Source: an uncultured Ferrimonas sp. | Lineage (GTDB): Bacteria; Pseudomonadota; Gammaproteobacteria; Enterobacterales; Shewanellaceae | Direction of reading: 5' to 3' | Length of the DNA stretch: 64,000 nucleotides | Assembly (NCBI RefSeq): GCF_947489035.1 | Contig: NZ_CANLCI010000003.1 | Coordinates: 155,533-219,532 of the forward strand | Part shown: positions 54,645 to 63,896 of the stretch, piece by piece | How the letters are laid out: every line of letters begins with the position of its first letter | Numbering within the stretch: the first letter of the stretch is position 1 | Position numbers and translations under genes: made by a program | The notes under the pieces: generated by a model | The model's database searches: none | Told to the model about the DNA's origin: nothing | Seen by the model: the letters and a program-made list of their open reading frames with translations, nothing else

Positions 54645-57455
54645 ATGACCATCGACTATCAAGCCATTCATCAAGAACTCGCTCAAGCAATCGGCAGCGA
54701 AGCAGTAACCGACGATCCCGTACGTCGTTTTGCCTGGTCGACTGACGGCAGTTACTTCCGAATTGTGCCGCAATTGGTGGTTACAGCAAACGACCTTGAG
54801 CAAGTAAAGCAAACCCTTGCGATTGCTCGTAAATACAATGCACCGGTTACCTTCCGTGCTGCGGGTACTTCCCTATCCGGTCAGGCCGTAGGTGAAGGGA
54901 TCTTGCTGCGTTTGGGTTACGACGGTTTCCGTAACATCGACATCAGCGACGATCACAAACAGGTCTCCTTGGGTGCGGCGGTTATTGGTGCCGACGCCAA
55001 CGCTAAGTTGAAGCCGTTTGATAAGAAGATTGGTCCCGATCCAGCCACCTTGGCTTCGTGCATGGTCGGCGGCATCATTAACAACAACGCCTCTGGCATG
55101 TGTTGTGGTACCCACGAAAACAGCTACAAAACCATCGAAAGCGCGAAATTACTGTTCGCCGATGGCACTTACCTAGATACCGGTTGCGATCAGTCTAAAG
55201 CGGCATTCAAACAAGCACGCCCAGAGCTGCTGGCCACCATTCAAGAACTGACCGCATCCACCCAGAACAACGAAGAACTGGCCAAGCGTATTCGCCAGAA
55301 ATTCGAAATTAAAAACACCACCGGCTACAGCCTGAACGCCTTGGTGGATTACACCGACCCATTCGATGTGATCAACCACTTGGTGGTGGGCTCTGAAGGT
55401 ACCTTCGCCTTTGTTGAAGAAGTGACTTACCGCACCGTAGAAGAAGCACGCTTTAAAGCCTCTGCAATGGCGGTTTTCTACAACATGGTTGACGCAGCCA
55501 GCGCCATTCCACCACTGAAAATCCCAGCGGTTGCCGCCGCTGAATTATTGGATTGGGCTTCGATCAAATCGATCATGGGCAAAAAAGGCATGCCAGAATG
55601 GCTGGATCAGCTGCCAGAAGGCGCTGCAATCTTGCTGATCGAATGTCGTGCCAACGATGACGAAACGCTGGCGCAATACACCGAGCAAGCAACCCAAGCC
55701 ATTGCACACATCAAGACTGAACGTCCGGTTGAATTCACCACTGATGCCGCGGTATACGGCAAATACTGGGCGATGCGCTCCGGCTTGTTCCCAATCATTG
55801 GTGGCGAACGCCCAGCGGGTTCTTCGGTCATCATTGAAGATGTGGCGTTCCGGGTTGAAGATTTGGCCGCCGGTGCTGCCGATCTGACCGAGTTGTTCCA
55901 CAAGCACAACTACCCAGAAGGCGTGATCTACGGCCACGCACTGGACGGTAACTTCCACTTCATCATTACCCCACACTTCCGTGGCCAAGACGACATTAAC
56001 CAGTTCGATCGCTTTATGGCGGATGTGGCTGACTTAGTGATCAACAAGTACGACGGTTCCATGAAAGCAGAACACGGTACTGGCCGTGCTGTTGCGCCGT
56101 TTGTTGAGATGGAATGGGGCGTGCAAGCCTACGAGCTGATGAAACAGCTTAAAGCGGCGTTCGATCCAAGCACCTTGCTGAACCCTGGCGTGGTACTGAA
56201 CGACGACAAAGAGATCCACATCAAAGACATCAAGCAAGCGGCGGTTGTTGATGGTTGGGTTGACCGTTGTATCGAATGTGGCTTCTGTGAGAAGACCTGT
56301 CCGACCAACGCCATCACCATGACCCCACGTCAGCGGATCACCACCTTGCGTGAAATCGCCCGCTTGGAAGCAAACGGTGAAACTGCCGCCGCAACGGAAT
56401 TGAAAGCCGCCGCACAACACGACGTGATTGATACCTGTGTGGCCTGTCAGCTGTGTGTTATCTCCTGTCCGGTAGACAACAACATGGGCATGTTGGTGCG
56501 GAAACTGCGTGGCCCACAAATCGATTCCACGGCTCAAAAAGTACTGGATTTCCAAGCCAACAACTTTGGTGCGGTCAACCAAGTGCTCAGCACCGGTTTT
56601 GATGTACTGCACGGCATTCATAAGATCACCGGCAGCACCGTCACCAAAGCACTGATGGACGTAGGCCGTAAGGTAACCAAAGAAGTGCCTTACTGGGATC
56701 CAAGTTTCCCGAAAGGCGCCAACCTGCCGAAGCCAAGCGCCCCTCAAGCGGATAAGCCAACCGTGGTTTACTTTGCAGCCTGTGGTGGCCGTACCTTTGG
56801 TCCAACTCCGGCGGATCCAGATAACGCCACCTTGCCAGACGTTATGACCGCACTGATCGAACGTGCTGGTTACAACATCGTGATCCCAAACAAGACCCGT
56901 CACCTGTGTTGTGGCCAGATGTGGGAATCCAAAGGCGATTACAAAAACGCTGACATGAAGCGTGATGAGCTGCTGGCGGCACTGAAAGAGTGCACCAACA
57001 ACGGCGAATACCCAGTGATCATTGATGCCTTGTCTTGCACCAAACGTACTTTGCAAGACTGTGAAATCGACTTCACCTTGCTGGACGCGGTTGAGTTTAT
57101 TCACGACGAAGTAATGCCGAAACTGCCAGCCACCAAGCGCAAAGAGAAAGTGGCTTTGCACGTTGGCTGTAGTGCCCAGCACATGAACATGGGCGGCATG
57201 ATGGAAGCGATTGTTGACGCGTACACCGCCGATACTTTCCGTCCGGCGGGGATCAGCTGTTGTGGCTTTGCTGGCGAAAAAGGCTTGTACAAGCCTGAGC
57301 TGAACGCATCGGCACTGCGTACCCTGAAAGATCAGTTACCAACGGAAGTCACCGAAGGCTACTACGCTAACCGCATGTGTGAAATGGGCATGACCCGCCA
57401 CAGCGACATCTCCTACCGTCACCTCGCGTACTTGGTAGAAGAATGTACTCGCTAA
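54645..57455 (+). CDS. FAD-linked oxidase fused to 4Fe-4S and CCG domains (Dld-II / YdiJ-type D-lactate or D-2-hydroxyacid dehydrogenase)
   Basis: About 936 aa. An N-terminal FAD_binding_4 / FAD-oxidase_C domain is followed by two ferredoxin-type Cys clusters (CIECGFCEKTCP, CVACQLCVISCP). Two C-terminal Cys-rich (CCG) repeats follow. I chose ATG 54645 because GGAGAA lies 8 nt upstream. Confidence 0.85.
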   Translation: MTIDYQAIHQELAQAIGSEAVTDDPVRRFAWSTDGSYFRIVPQLVVTANDLEQVKQTLAIARKYNAPVTFRAAGTSLSGQAVGEGILLRLGYDGFRNIDISDDHKQVSLGAAVIGADANAKLKPFDKKIGPDPATLASCMVGGIINNNASGMCCGTHENSYKTIESAKLLFADGTYLDTGCDQSKAAFKQARPELLATIQELTASTQNNEELAKRIRQKFEIKNTTGYSLNALVDYTDPFDVINHLVVGSEGTFAFVEEVTYRTVEEARFKASAMAVFYNMVDAASAIPPLKIPAVAAAELLDWASIKSIMGKKGMPEWLDQLPEGAAILLIECRANDDETLAQYTEQATQAIAHIKTERPVEFTTDAAVYGKYWAMRSGLFPIIGGERPAGSSVIIEDVAFRVEDLAAGAADLTELFHKHNYPEGVIYGHALDGNFHFIITPHFRGQDDINQFDRFMADVADLVINKYDGSMKAEHGTGRAVAPFVEMEWGVQAYELMKQLKAAFDPSTLLNPGVVLNDDKEIHIKDIKQAAVVDGWVDRCIECGFCEKTCPTNAITMTPRQRITTLREIARLEANGETAAATELKAAAQHDVIDTCVACQLCVISCPVDNNMGMLVRKLRGPQIDSTAQKVLDFQANNFGAVNQVLSTGFDVLHGIHKITGSTVTKALMDVGRKVTKEVPYWDPSFPKGANLPKPSAPQADKPTVVYFAACGGRTFGPTPADPDNATLPDVMTALIERAGYNIVIPNKTRHLCCGQMWESKGDYKNADMKRDELLAALKECTNNGEYPVIIDALSCTKRTLQDCEIDFTLLDAVEFIHDEVMPKLPATKRKEKVALHVGCSAQHMNMGGMMEAIVDAYTADTFRPAGISCCGFAGEKGLYKPELNASALRTLKDQLPTEVTEGYYANRMCEMGMTRHSDISYRHLAYLVEECTR

Positions 57456-57475
57456 GCTAACGCTTAAGCACAACA

Positions 57476-57504
57476 ACAGCGCCCAATCGGGCGCTGTTTT
57501 TTTA
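57476..57504 (+). terminator. Rho-independent terminator after the FAD/Fe-S dehydrogenase
   Basis: cagcgccc-aatc-gggcgctg followed by a T7 run. Confidence 0.85.
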
Positions 57505-57727
57505 TCTGCCGATGCTACGCCCACCCTTGCTGCACTCGCCTCCTTTTTCACCCCAGCGCTTGCTGTTCAAGGCCGTAACGTTGTTCACTGCCCCCAGCGC
57601 CGCACGGCTTACAGTCACGGAAGATTTACACTTCAACTGAACATCAACATGCCCACAGTGGTTGTCAGGATTTAACTCGGTGGCTTAGGTTAATCGACGT
57701 TACTTTTCATCACTGCTAGGAGCACCG

Positions 57728-59026
57728 ATGCACAACACCAGTCTGGATTATCTGTATGGGTTTGGTAATGAACACCAAACCGAAGCCCTACCCGGCGCCC
57801 TGCCGCAAGGGCAATTCAGCCCACAGCGTTGTGCATACAACCTTTATGCCGAGCAGTTAAGCAGCACCGCCTTTACGGCTCCACGCGCCGCCAATCGCCG
57901 CAGTTGGACCTACCGCCTGCGCCCATCGGTAAGCCAAGCAGGCTTTGCGCCGTTGCCTCATCACGGTTTGGTAACCGCCCCCATCAGCACCATTACCCCA
58001 CCCGATCCCATGCGCTGGGATCCGCTGCCGCTGCAATCCCACCCAACCACCTTTGTTGAGGGCTTAACCACCATTGCCGTGAATGGCAGCGCCGAATCGC
58101 AACACGGCATGGCCATTCATGGGTATGTCGCCAACCGCAGCATGAACAGCCAAGTATTCAACAGCGCCGATGGCGAGCTGTTGCTGGTGCCGCAACACGG
58201 GGCACTGCAGTTGGACACCGAATTTGGCCAGCTAGCGATTGCCCCCGGCGACATCGCAGTGATCCCCCGCGGCGTCAAGTTTCGGGTGCAACTGCAACAA
58301 ACCGAAGCCCGTGGCTACGTCTGTGAGAACTACGGCGCAGCCCTAGAGCTGCCCGAGCGTGGCCCGGTTGGGGCAAACGGTTACGCCAACGACCGTGATT
58401 TTCAATATCCGGTGGCGTGGTTTGAAGACATCGAAAAAACGCATCAACTGATCACCAAGTTTGCCGGCCATTGCTACCAAAGCCAATTGACTCACAGCCC
58501 CTTTGATGTGGTGGCTTGGACCGGCAACAGCGCCCCATACAAATACGACTTAAGCCGTTTCAATGTCATCAACACCGTCAGTTACGATCATCCGGATCCC
58601 TCCATCTTTACCGTGCTGACTTCCCCAAGCGAAACCGAAGGCTGGGCCAACTTAGACTTTGTGATCTTCCCACCCCGTTGGATGGTGGCCGAAAACACCT
58701 TCCGTCCGCCGTGGTTCCACCGCAACGTAATGAGCGAATTTATGGGGCTGATTGAAGGCAGTTACGATGCCAAACAACATGGCTTTGTTCCCGGCGGCAT
58801 GAGCTTACACAACTGCATGACCCCCCACGGCCCGGAAGCGGAGGTGTTCGACCAAGCCAGCAGCGCCGAACTTAGCCCACAACGCTACGAAAACACCTTG
58901 GCGTTTATGTTTGAATCGCGCTACGTGTTTAAGCCAACGCAATGGGCACTGGATAGCCAGCTGCGACAACTGGATTACCCCGATTGCTGGCGCAGCATCG
59001 CCAAACAGTTTACCGGCCAACCCTAG
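57728..59026 (+). CDS. hmgA: Homogentisate 1,2-dioxygenase
   Basis: 432 aa with the canonical HmgA N-terminus (YLYGFGNEHQTEALPGALPQGQFSPQ) and the conserved FRPPWFHRN..SEFMGLI and MLPHGP-like regions. Confidence 0.95.
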   Translation: MHNTSLDYLYGFGNEHQTEALPGALPQGQFSPQRCAYNLYAEQLSSTAFTAPRAANRRSWTYRLRPSVSQAGFAPLPHHGLVTAPISTITPPDPMRWDPLPLQSHPTTFVEGLTTIAVNGSAESQHGMAIHGYVANRSMNSQVFNSADGELLLVPQHGALQLDTEFGQLAIAPGDIAVIPRGVKFRVQLQQTEARGYVCENYGAALELPERGPVGANGYANDRDFQYPVAWFEDIEKTHQLITKFAGHCYQSQLTHSPFDVVAWTGNSAPYKYDLSRFNVINTVSYDHPDPSIFTVLTSPSETEGWANLDFVIFPPRWMVAENTFRPPWFHRNVMSEFMGLIEGSYDAKQHGFVPGGMSLHNCMTPHGPEAEVFDQASSAELSPQRYENTLAFMFESRYVFKPTQWALDSQLRQLDYPDCWRSIAKQFTGQP

Positions 59027-59050
59027 GTCAGCGAAAAACCGGTAGCCGCA

Positions 59051-59084
59051 GCATCGCCTTGGCGCTACGCCATCAAGGCGATGC
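59051..59084 (+). other. 12-bp-stem hairpin downstream of hmgA, without a U-tract
   Basis: gcatcgccttgg / tcaaggcgatgc with a 10-nt loop. No T-run follows, so a terminator function is uncertain. Confidence 0.4.
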
Positions 59085-59340
59085 CGCCAAACGCTGGTAT
59101 AAGGCTGATATCCGCTTGCAACCAAGCGCGTGGCAGTGGTCATACTGCGATTCAGTTTGATTCAAGCAGATCAGCCTTTTTCACTTTCTGTTACGCCCTT
59201 TTTGGCCAGAGTGGCCAACAGCATCAACACCGCAGTACGATCCGCCTGGATTGAGCAAAACAACAGTCGAGTTAAAATCACCACCCCGCAAATTATGACT
59301 CAATCGATCCATTAACAAATTGCATTAGCCTGCGAATTCA

Positions 59341-59356
59341 GTTACATAAATGTAAC
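59341..59356. promoter_or_regulatory. 16-bp perfect palindrome immediately upstream of the RBS of the 59376 gene (possible operator)
   Basis: GTTACATAAATGTAAC, followed by caaccAAGGAGGgggatttaATG. Confidence 0.35.
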
Positions 59357-59375
59357 AACCAAGGAGGGGGATTTA

Positions 59376-60125
59376 ATGAAAGGCTGGGCAATGGCACTGC
59401 TGTGTGGACTGGGCGCAACCACGGCGCAAGCGAAGCACACGTACCCAAATTATTATAAGAATGTGGATCATCTCCCCCCATACGAGCAGGCACTCAGCAA
59501 CGATGATTGGTATATGCCAACAGCACAACAGCGAGCCTTGGTCAGCGGCCTATTAACGGAAGATCTGGTGCAAGATGGCTTACGCTGGAAAGTGCAGCAG
59601 ATGGTCTACGATCCAAATTTTTACCAAGGGATCCGCCGAGTGGGCAGCGAAACCGCTTGTTTGATGTTTCGTTACACCAAGGGCTTTTTAGCTCGCCCCA
59701 CCTGCACCGCGGCGCCCATTGATGGCGAACAGATTGAAGCCATTCCCTTTGCCAGCAAAAAGAGCCAGTACTTCAAACAGCCGCTGATCATCAATTCCCC
59801 CATCCGTGCCAGTAAAGATGATGAGCTGCGTTACGAGTTTTGGATCCCCGCGGGCATGGATTACAAACCCAACCGCCACTATTACCCAATCCATCAATTG
59901 GGGCACAACAAGCGTGGCGCCAATAACGAAGAGTTAGTGATCAACGCTTTTCTCACTGTGTACGAAAACAAAAACGGTAAATGGCGCAAACTGAAACTAT
60001 CCAATAAACCGCTGACCCTAGCGATGAAAATTCCGTCGTTAACTGAGATCAGAAAAAACAAAACCGCCCAGCAAGCGTACCGACAAGCCGAGCACTCAGT
60101 ACGGATATTAGATTCACGCGAATAA
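59376..60125 (+). CDS. Hypothetical secreted protein
   Basis: 249 aa with a strong AAGGAGG RBS and a signal peptide ending AQA. I recognised no family. Confidence 0.65.
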   Translation: MKGWAMALLCGLGATTAQAKHTYPNYYKNVDHLPPYEQALSNDDWYMPTAQQRALVSGLLTEDLVQDGLRWKVQQMVYDPNFYQGIRRVGSETACLMFRYTKGFLARPTCTAAPIDGEQIEAIPFASKKSQYFKQPLIINSPIRASKDDELRYEFWIPAGMDYKPNRHYYPIHQLGHNKRGANNEELVINAFLTVYENKNGKWRKLKLSNKPLTLAMKIPSLTEIRKNKTAQQAYRQAEHSVRILDSRE

Positions 60126-60459
60126 TTTGCTCATACCTATGGCAAATGTATGATTTAGCGCGCATTTCCCTGTTTATGTTCGCACTAATTGGCGGCGGCA
60201 GGGCCCACTAGGCATACAATCCATACACGGCCCTAAACTTGTGTGGATTCCATGGCTAACACGTTATTTACCCTTGTGATTTGGGCACCATTGGCAGTGG
60301 TTGCAGTGGCGGCCTTGATCCCATGTTGGCGACGGCGCCAGTCGATTAAAAAAAAGCGGAAGAAGCGTCTGCAACAGAAAAGTTAATGTGACACCTATCA
60401 CAATAATTGCTTTTGGGTGATACTGGCAGACACTTTTAGAGCCACGACAAGGACTGTCG

Positions 60460-61140
60460 ATGCGTTGTATCGTTACCACCGTAGCGGCCATGTCGCTGCC
60501 GATGTTGCTCAGCGGTTGCCTATCAACGGCACCCAGCGCGGCCACCCCACAGATCTCTGCCCAGCTGTTGAACGCTAAGACCCTCCGCCCTGTGGTTGGG
60601 GCTCAGATCTGGTATCGGGATAACAAATCGGCCAGTCTTTGTGCCAGCGACAATCGCGGTCACTTCACTGTTCACCCAACCACCGTACCGCTGCATCAGC
60701 GCCTGTTTAACGAGGCGCGGCCTCAGGCGCAGCTCACCATACGTTACCAAGGTGAATTTCATCAGCTGGCCGTGGCTGCAACCGGCCAGGATCAACAGCT
60801 TGGGCCTATCGCCATCCTAGCCAAACCTTGGCAGCATGTTGCCAAACAAGCCCCGTTATCCCCCCCGCGTGCGGCGTTAACGCCGCAAACCACCATCGAC
60901 TTATGTGATAAAGCGACCGCCAAGGGTGCGTGGCAGATGTTGTACAGCGCCCAAACGGTAGAACAACATCCGCAATCCAGTCCACTGCAGCAGCAAGCCC
61001 AGCACAACAGCTACCAACAAGCGCAACTGCTGTTTCGCCAATTGCAGCAACAGTGCCCACTGCCAGAGCCGCAGCGGCAACAACTGCAACGTTTGGTGCA
61101 AAGCCTTAGTGTGGGATCGCAGTTAGCCGTGGCGGATTAG
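60460..61140 (+). CDS. Hypothetical lipoprotein with a Q-rich C-terminal region
   Basis: 226 aa with lipobox LLSGC and an AAGGA RBS. I recognised no family. Confidence 0.6.
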   Translation: MRCIVTTVAAMSLPMLLSGCLSTAPSAATPQISAQLLNAKTLRPVVGAQIWYRDNKSASLCASDNRGHFTVHPTTVPLHQRLFNEARPQAQLTIRYQGEFHQLAVAATGQDQQLGPIAILAKPWQHVAKQAPLSPPRAALTPQTTIDLCDKATAKGAWQMLYSAQTVEQHPQSSPLQQQAQHNSYQQAQLLFRQLQQQCPLPEPQRQQLQRLVQSLSVGSQLAVAD

Positions 61141-61907
61141 CCTCGCGCCAGTGCCAAGATCTCATTGATGTCGAGCGGTGGCGTGTACTGCGCCAAATCA
61201 CTTTCCCGCTCGGTTATCGCCACCACGCTCATCCGATCCGCCAATTCATTGCCTTCGATCCCCGCATGGCCAGCCACGTGTGCAATGATCACCCGATCGG
61301 CCACTTGCAGATACAGCTCATACAGCGGTTTGATGATCTCTAAATTTTTTACTGGCTCATTCGCGCCGCGTTTCCACCCTTTGGCTTGCCAACCTTTAGC
61401 CCACTGGGTTACCGCATTGATGCTGTACGCCGAGTCGGAATAGATCAGCACCTTATCTTCACCTTGATGCTGTTGCGCCATCAGCAACGCGTGGTGCAGC
61501 CCCAGTAGCTCAGCGGTGTTGTTGGTGCCCATTGGGTTGTATAAGCCATACCAGCACTGAGTCAGTTCCCCATAACGGTACACCGCCATGCCCGTGCCCG
61601 CTTGGCCGGGGTTGGGATCGCAGGCGCCATCGCAAAAAATCGCCATGGCCGCGGTTTTCATCTGCACTTGGATCTGCGCTTCGGTTAACTTCGCAGGCTT
61701 AGCACTGGCCTTGCTGGCCGCGCCACTGCGGCGAGTGCCCGTTCCAGCCACAGTCGGCTTATTGTTAAAGGCGGCACTGGCTTCTGCCTGTGTCTTAAAC
61801 GACTTGTAGCGTGCCCCAGCAAAGCCGTCGACCTGCGCTTTACAGTTGTTCCAGTCGGAATAGATCCCCGGCTTGCGCCCCTGCCACACCACATAAAATT
61901 TTGCCAA
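61137..61907 (-). CDS. Ribonuclease H (type 1) with an N-terminal RNA/DNA hybrid-binding (Cauli_VI-like) domain
   Basis: The N-terminus KFYVVWQGRKPGIYSDWNNCKAQVDGFAGARYKSFKTQAEASAAF is the classic HBD. After a linker comes the RNase H fold with DGA...NNTAEL...IYSDS...GNELAD. The apparent start is TTG. Confidence 0.85.
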   Translation of the reverse strand: MAKFYVVWQGRKPGIYSDWNNCKAQVDGFAGARYKSFKTQAEASAAFNNKPTVAGTGTRRSGAASKASAKPAKLTEAQIQVQMKTAAMAIFCDGACDPNPGQAGTGMAVYRYGELTQCWYGLYNPMGTNNTAELLGLHHALLMAQQHQGEDKVLIYSDSAYSINAVTQWAKGWQAKGWKRGANEPVKNLEIIKPLYELYLQVADRVIIAHVAGHAGIEGNELADRMSVVAITERESDLAQYTPPLDINEILALARG

Positions 61908-62062
61908 GCTCAGATCCGCCTATTGATTGTTGTTCGCTGCAATAATTGCCTGACTGTCGAGCTTTTAAGCCCCATTTGCAAGCGCTTTTATCGCCCTAAC
62001 CTACGGCTGAATAAGGGCTGCACAACAGCGTTCAATTTGTAATCCAAACCGACTTTGATAGC

Positions 62063-63412
62063 ATGCAACCCGTGGCCATTGTTAAGGAAAATAAGCCGTT
62101 GCCAAACCAATTCAAACAACGGATCGGCGCAGAAAGCCAGCGTTGGCTCGATGACGGGATCATCAATCAGCAGCAAGCCGAGGCGATATGCCAACGTTAT
62201 GGGCGCCACGTGGGTCAAGTTGACACGCGCTTTAGCCTGCGCGTGCTTGAAGCGTTGGCGTTGCTGTTTGTGGGGCTGGGCTTGATCACCCTGATCGGGG
62301 CGAACTGGCAAGAATTGCCCCGCTTGGGGCGCATGTTGGGTTTGATTACCCTTACCGCCACCGTGCAAGGGTTGGCGTGGTGGCAGCTGCACCAAGGCAA
62401 GCAGCAACAGGGCGTTGGCTTGCTGTTTTTAGGCAACATCTGCTTTGGCGCAGGGCTAATTCTTACCGCGCAGATCTACCACTTAGGCGAGCACATGCCC
62501 GACGGGATCTTCTGGTGGGCGCTGGGCTGTTTACCGGTCGCGCTACTGGTGCCCAGCCGCCTGCTGATGCTGCAAACGCTGTTGCTCGCGCTGCTGTGGT
62601 TTGGGGTTGAAGCCGATCTGCACATCATGCCCAGCCTAATGTGGTTGTTCCTGCTTGCCGCCGCTTGGCAATTGCGCCGAGGCGACAGCAGCCACAGCTT
62701 ACTGCTGCTTACTGTGGTTGCCACGGGGCTGTGGTTGCTGTTTGGCTTTGGCTACCTGCTGCTGGATGACTACAGCGGCCGGTGGCAAAGCGAACAATCG
62801 TTGTTGGCAGTAATGCTGCTGCCACTGGCGCTGGCGTTAAGCCAATATTGGCAGCAACAGCCGTGGGCTCGTGGCCATCAGTACGGGCCATTGCTGGGCA
62901 ACTGGACCATCCGCGTGACCGTGTTGCTAGGGCTGATCTTCACCTTCGATGAGATCTGGCGTGAACTGCTGCGTCTGCCTTGGCGACACCTGCCGCAACT
63001 GTTGCTGGCAACCGCCGCCATTGCCATCACCACATTGCTACTGCAACGGCAACAATGGCCACGTTGGTTGCTGCTGTGGTTCTGTCTCACCGCACTGGGT
63101 TGGCTGCTGTTTACCTCGCCAGCGTGGCTGACCGCGGATCAACTGCAGATCGCCAGCAATCTCTTACTGGTTGGCTACAGCTGTTGGTTGGTGCATCTGG
63201 GCATTCAAACCGGTTACGCCCACCACTTCTATTTAGGGCTCTGCACCCTTTTATTAGTGGCACTGCTGCGCTACACCGATTTAATTGGCGATTACGTTAG
63301 CGCGGCGCTGCTGTTTTTGCTGTTTGCGCTGCTGCTGTTTGCCGCCGCCAGATTTTGGCATAAACGCCACGGCCACCCCGCCGCCACGGAGCCCAGCCAT
63401 GACGAAACCTAA
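62063..63412 (+). CDS. DUF2157-type polytopic membrane protein (probably with a fused DUF4401-like C-terminal membrane region)
   Basis: 449 aa. A soluble N-terminal segment (WLDDGIINQQQAEAI) is followed by more than 10 TM helices. Family attribution comes from its typical pairing with a GDYXXLXY gene. Confidence 0.65.
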   Translation: MQPVAIVKENKPLPNQFKQRIGAESQRWLDDGIINQQQAEAICQRYGRHVGQVDTRFSLRVLEALALLFVGLGLITLIGANWQELPRLGRMLGLITLTATVQGLAWWQLHQGKQQQGVGLLFLGNICFGAGLILTAQIYHLGEHMPDGIFWWALGCLPVALLVPSRLLMLQTLLLALLWFGVEADLHIMPSLMWLFLLAAAWQLRRGDSSHSLLLLTVVATGLWLLFGFGYLLLDDYSGRWQSEQSLLAVMLLPLALALSQYWQQQPWARGHQYGPLLGNWTIRVTVLLGLIFTFDEIWRELLRLPWRHLPQLLLATAAIAITTLLLQRQQWPRWLLLWFCLTALGWLLFTSPAWLTADQLQIASNLLLVGYSCWLVHLGIQTGYAHHFYLGLCTLLLVALLRYTDLIGDYVSAALLFLLFALLLFAAARFWHKRHGHPAATEPSHDET

Positions 63413-63896
63413 CCCAATCTGGCTGGGGGCCGCGCTGCTCCTGCAACTGCTGATCATCGTTGCCGCTTTGCTGCTGGCTCAGCTGCCGCTGCTGACGGGC
63501 ACGGAAATCCGCCTTGCCGCTCAACCCGTAGATCCTCGTTCTTTGTTGCGCGGCAACTACGTGATCCTGGACTACCCGCAACTGCGCCCCAGTACCGAGC
63601 AGCTGCAACAGGCACAGCTGCGCCCAAGCCAACCCTTTTACATCCGTTTAGAAGCCAACGCCGATGGCCTTTACCAGTTTGCTGGGCTCAGCCCAATGCC
63701 GCCAAGCAACGGCCTTTATCTGCGCGGGCGGGTGCCGAACCCCATCAGCAGTCGCCGCATTCGCTACGGCATTGAAGCGCTGTTTCTGCCCAAGCAACAA
63801 GCCCTCGCCACCGAAGCCAAGTTACGCGATGGCGCCATTGTGCGGGTGCGGGTAGATAGCCGTGGCCAAGCTCGTTTGGTGGCGCTCGAACCCTAG
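63399..63896 (+). CDS. GDYXXLXY domain protein
   Basis: 165 aa from MTKPNPIW, with one N-terminal TM. The motif RGNYVILDY is a variant of GDYxxLxY. Its start overlaps the upstream gene by 14 nt. Confidence 0.7.
   Translation: MTKPNPIWLGAALLLQLLIIVAALLLAQLPLLTGTEIRLAAQPVDPRSLLRGNYVILDYPQLRPSTEQLQQAQLRPSQPFYIRLEANADGLYQFAGLSPMPPSNGLYLRGRVPNPISSRRIRYGIEALFLPKQQALATEAKLRDGAIVRVRVDSRGQARLVALEP

Noticed and set aside
54419-54745. 108-aa ORF in the folE/dehydrogenase intergenic region
   Set aside because: It has no Shine-Dalgarno and a low-complexity S/R-rich tail. It also overlaps the start of the dehydrogenase gene in another frame.
56034-57182. 382-aa ORF antisense to the FAD/Fe-S dehydrogenase gene
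   Set aside because: It is fully embedded opposite a well-supported conserved gene and has odd composition (V/G/H/T/F-rich). It shows no RBS or motif. This is the typical shadow ORF of a gene with biased third-codon positions.
59341-59356. TyrR box downstream of hmgA
   Set aside because: The palindrome contains TGTAA/TTACA half-sites. However, they are in the opposite order and spacing from the TyrR consensus TGTAAA-N6-TTTACA.
60252-60419. 55-codon ORF (MANTLFTLVIWAPLAVVAVAALIPCWRRRQSIKKK...) upstream of the lipoprotein gene
   Set aside because: It does have one TM-like segment and a basic tail. However, there is no recognisable RBS, and the frame depends on an A8 run. I recognise no homologue. 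The evidence is too weak to call without conservation data.
60264-60545. 93-aa minus-strand ORF
   Set aside because: It overlaps the start of the better-supported lipoprotein gene and has no RBS or motif.
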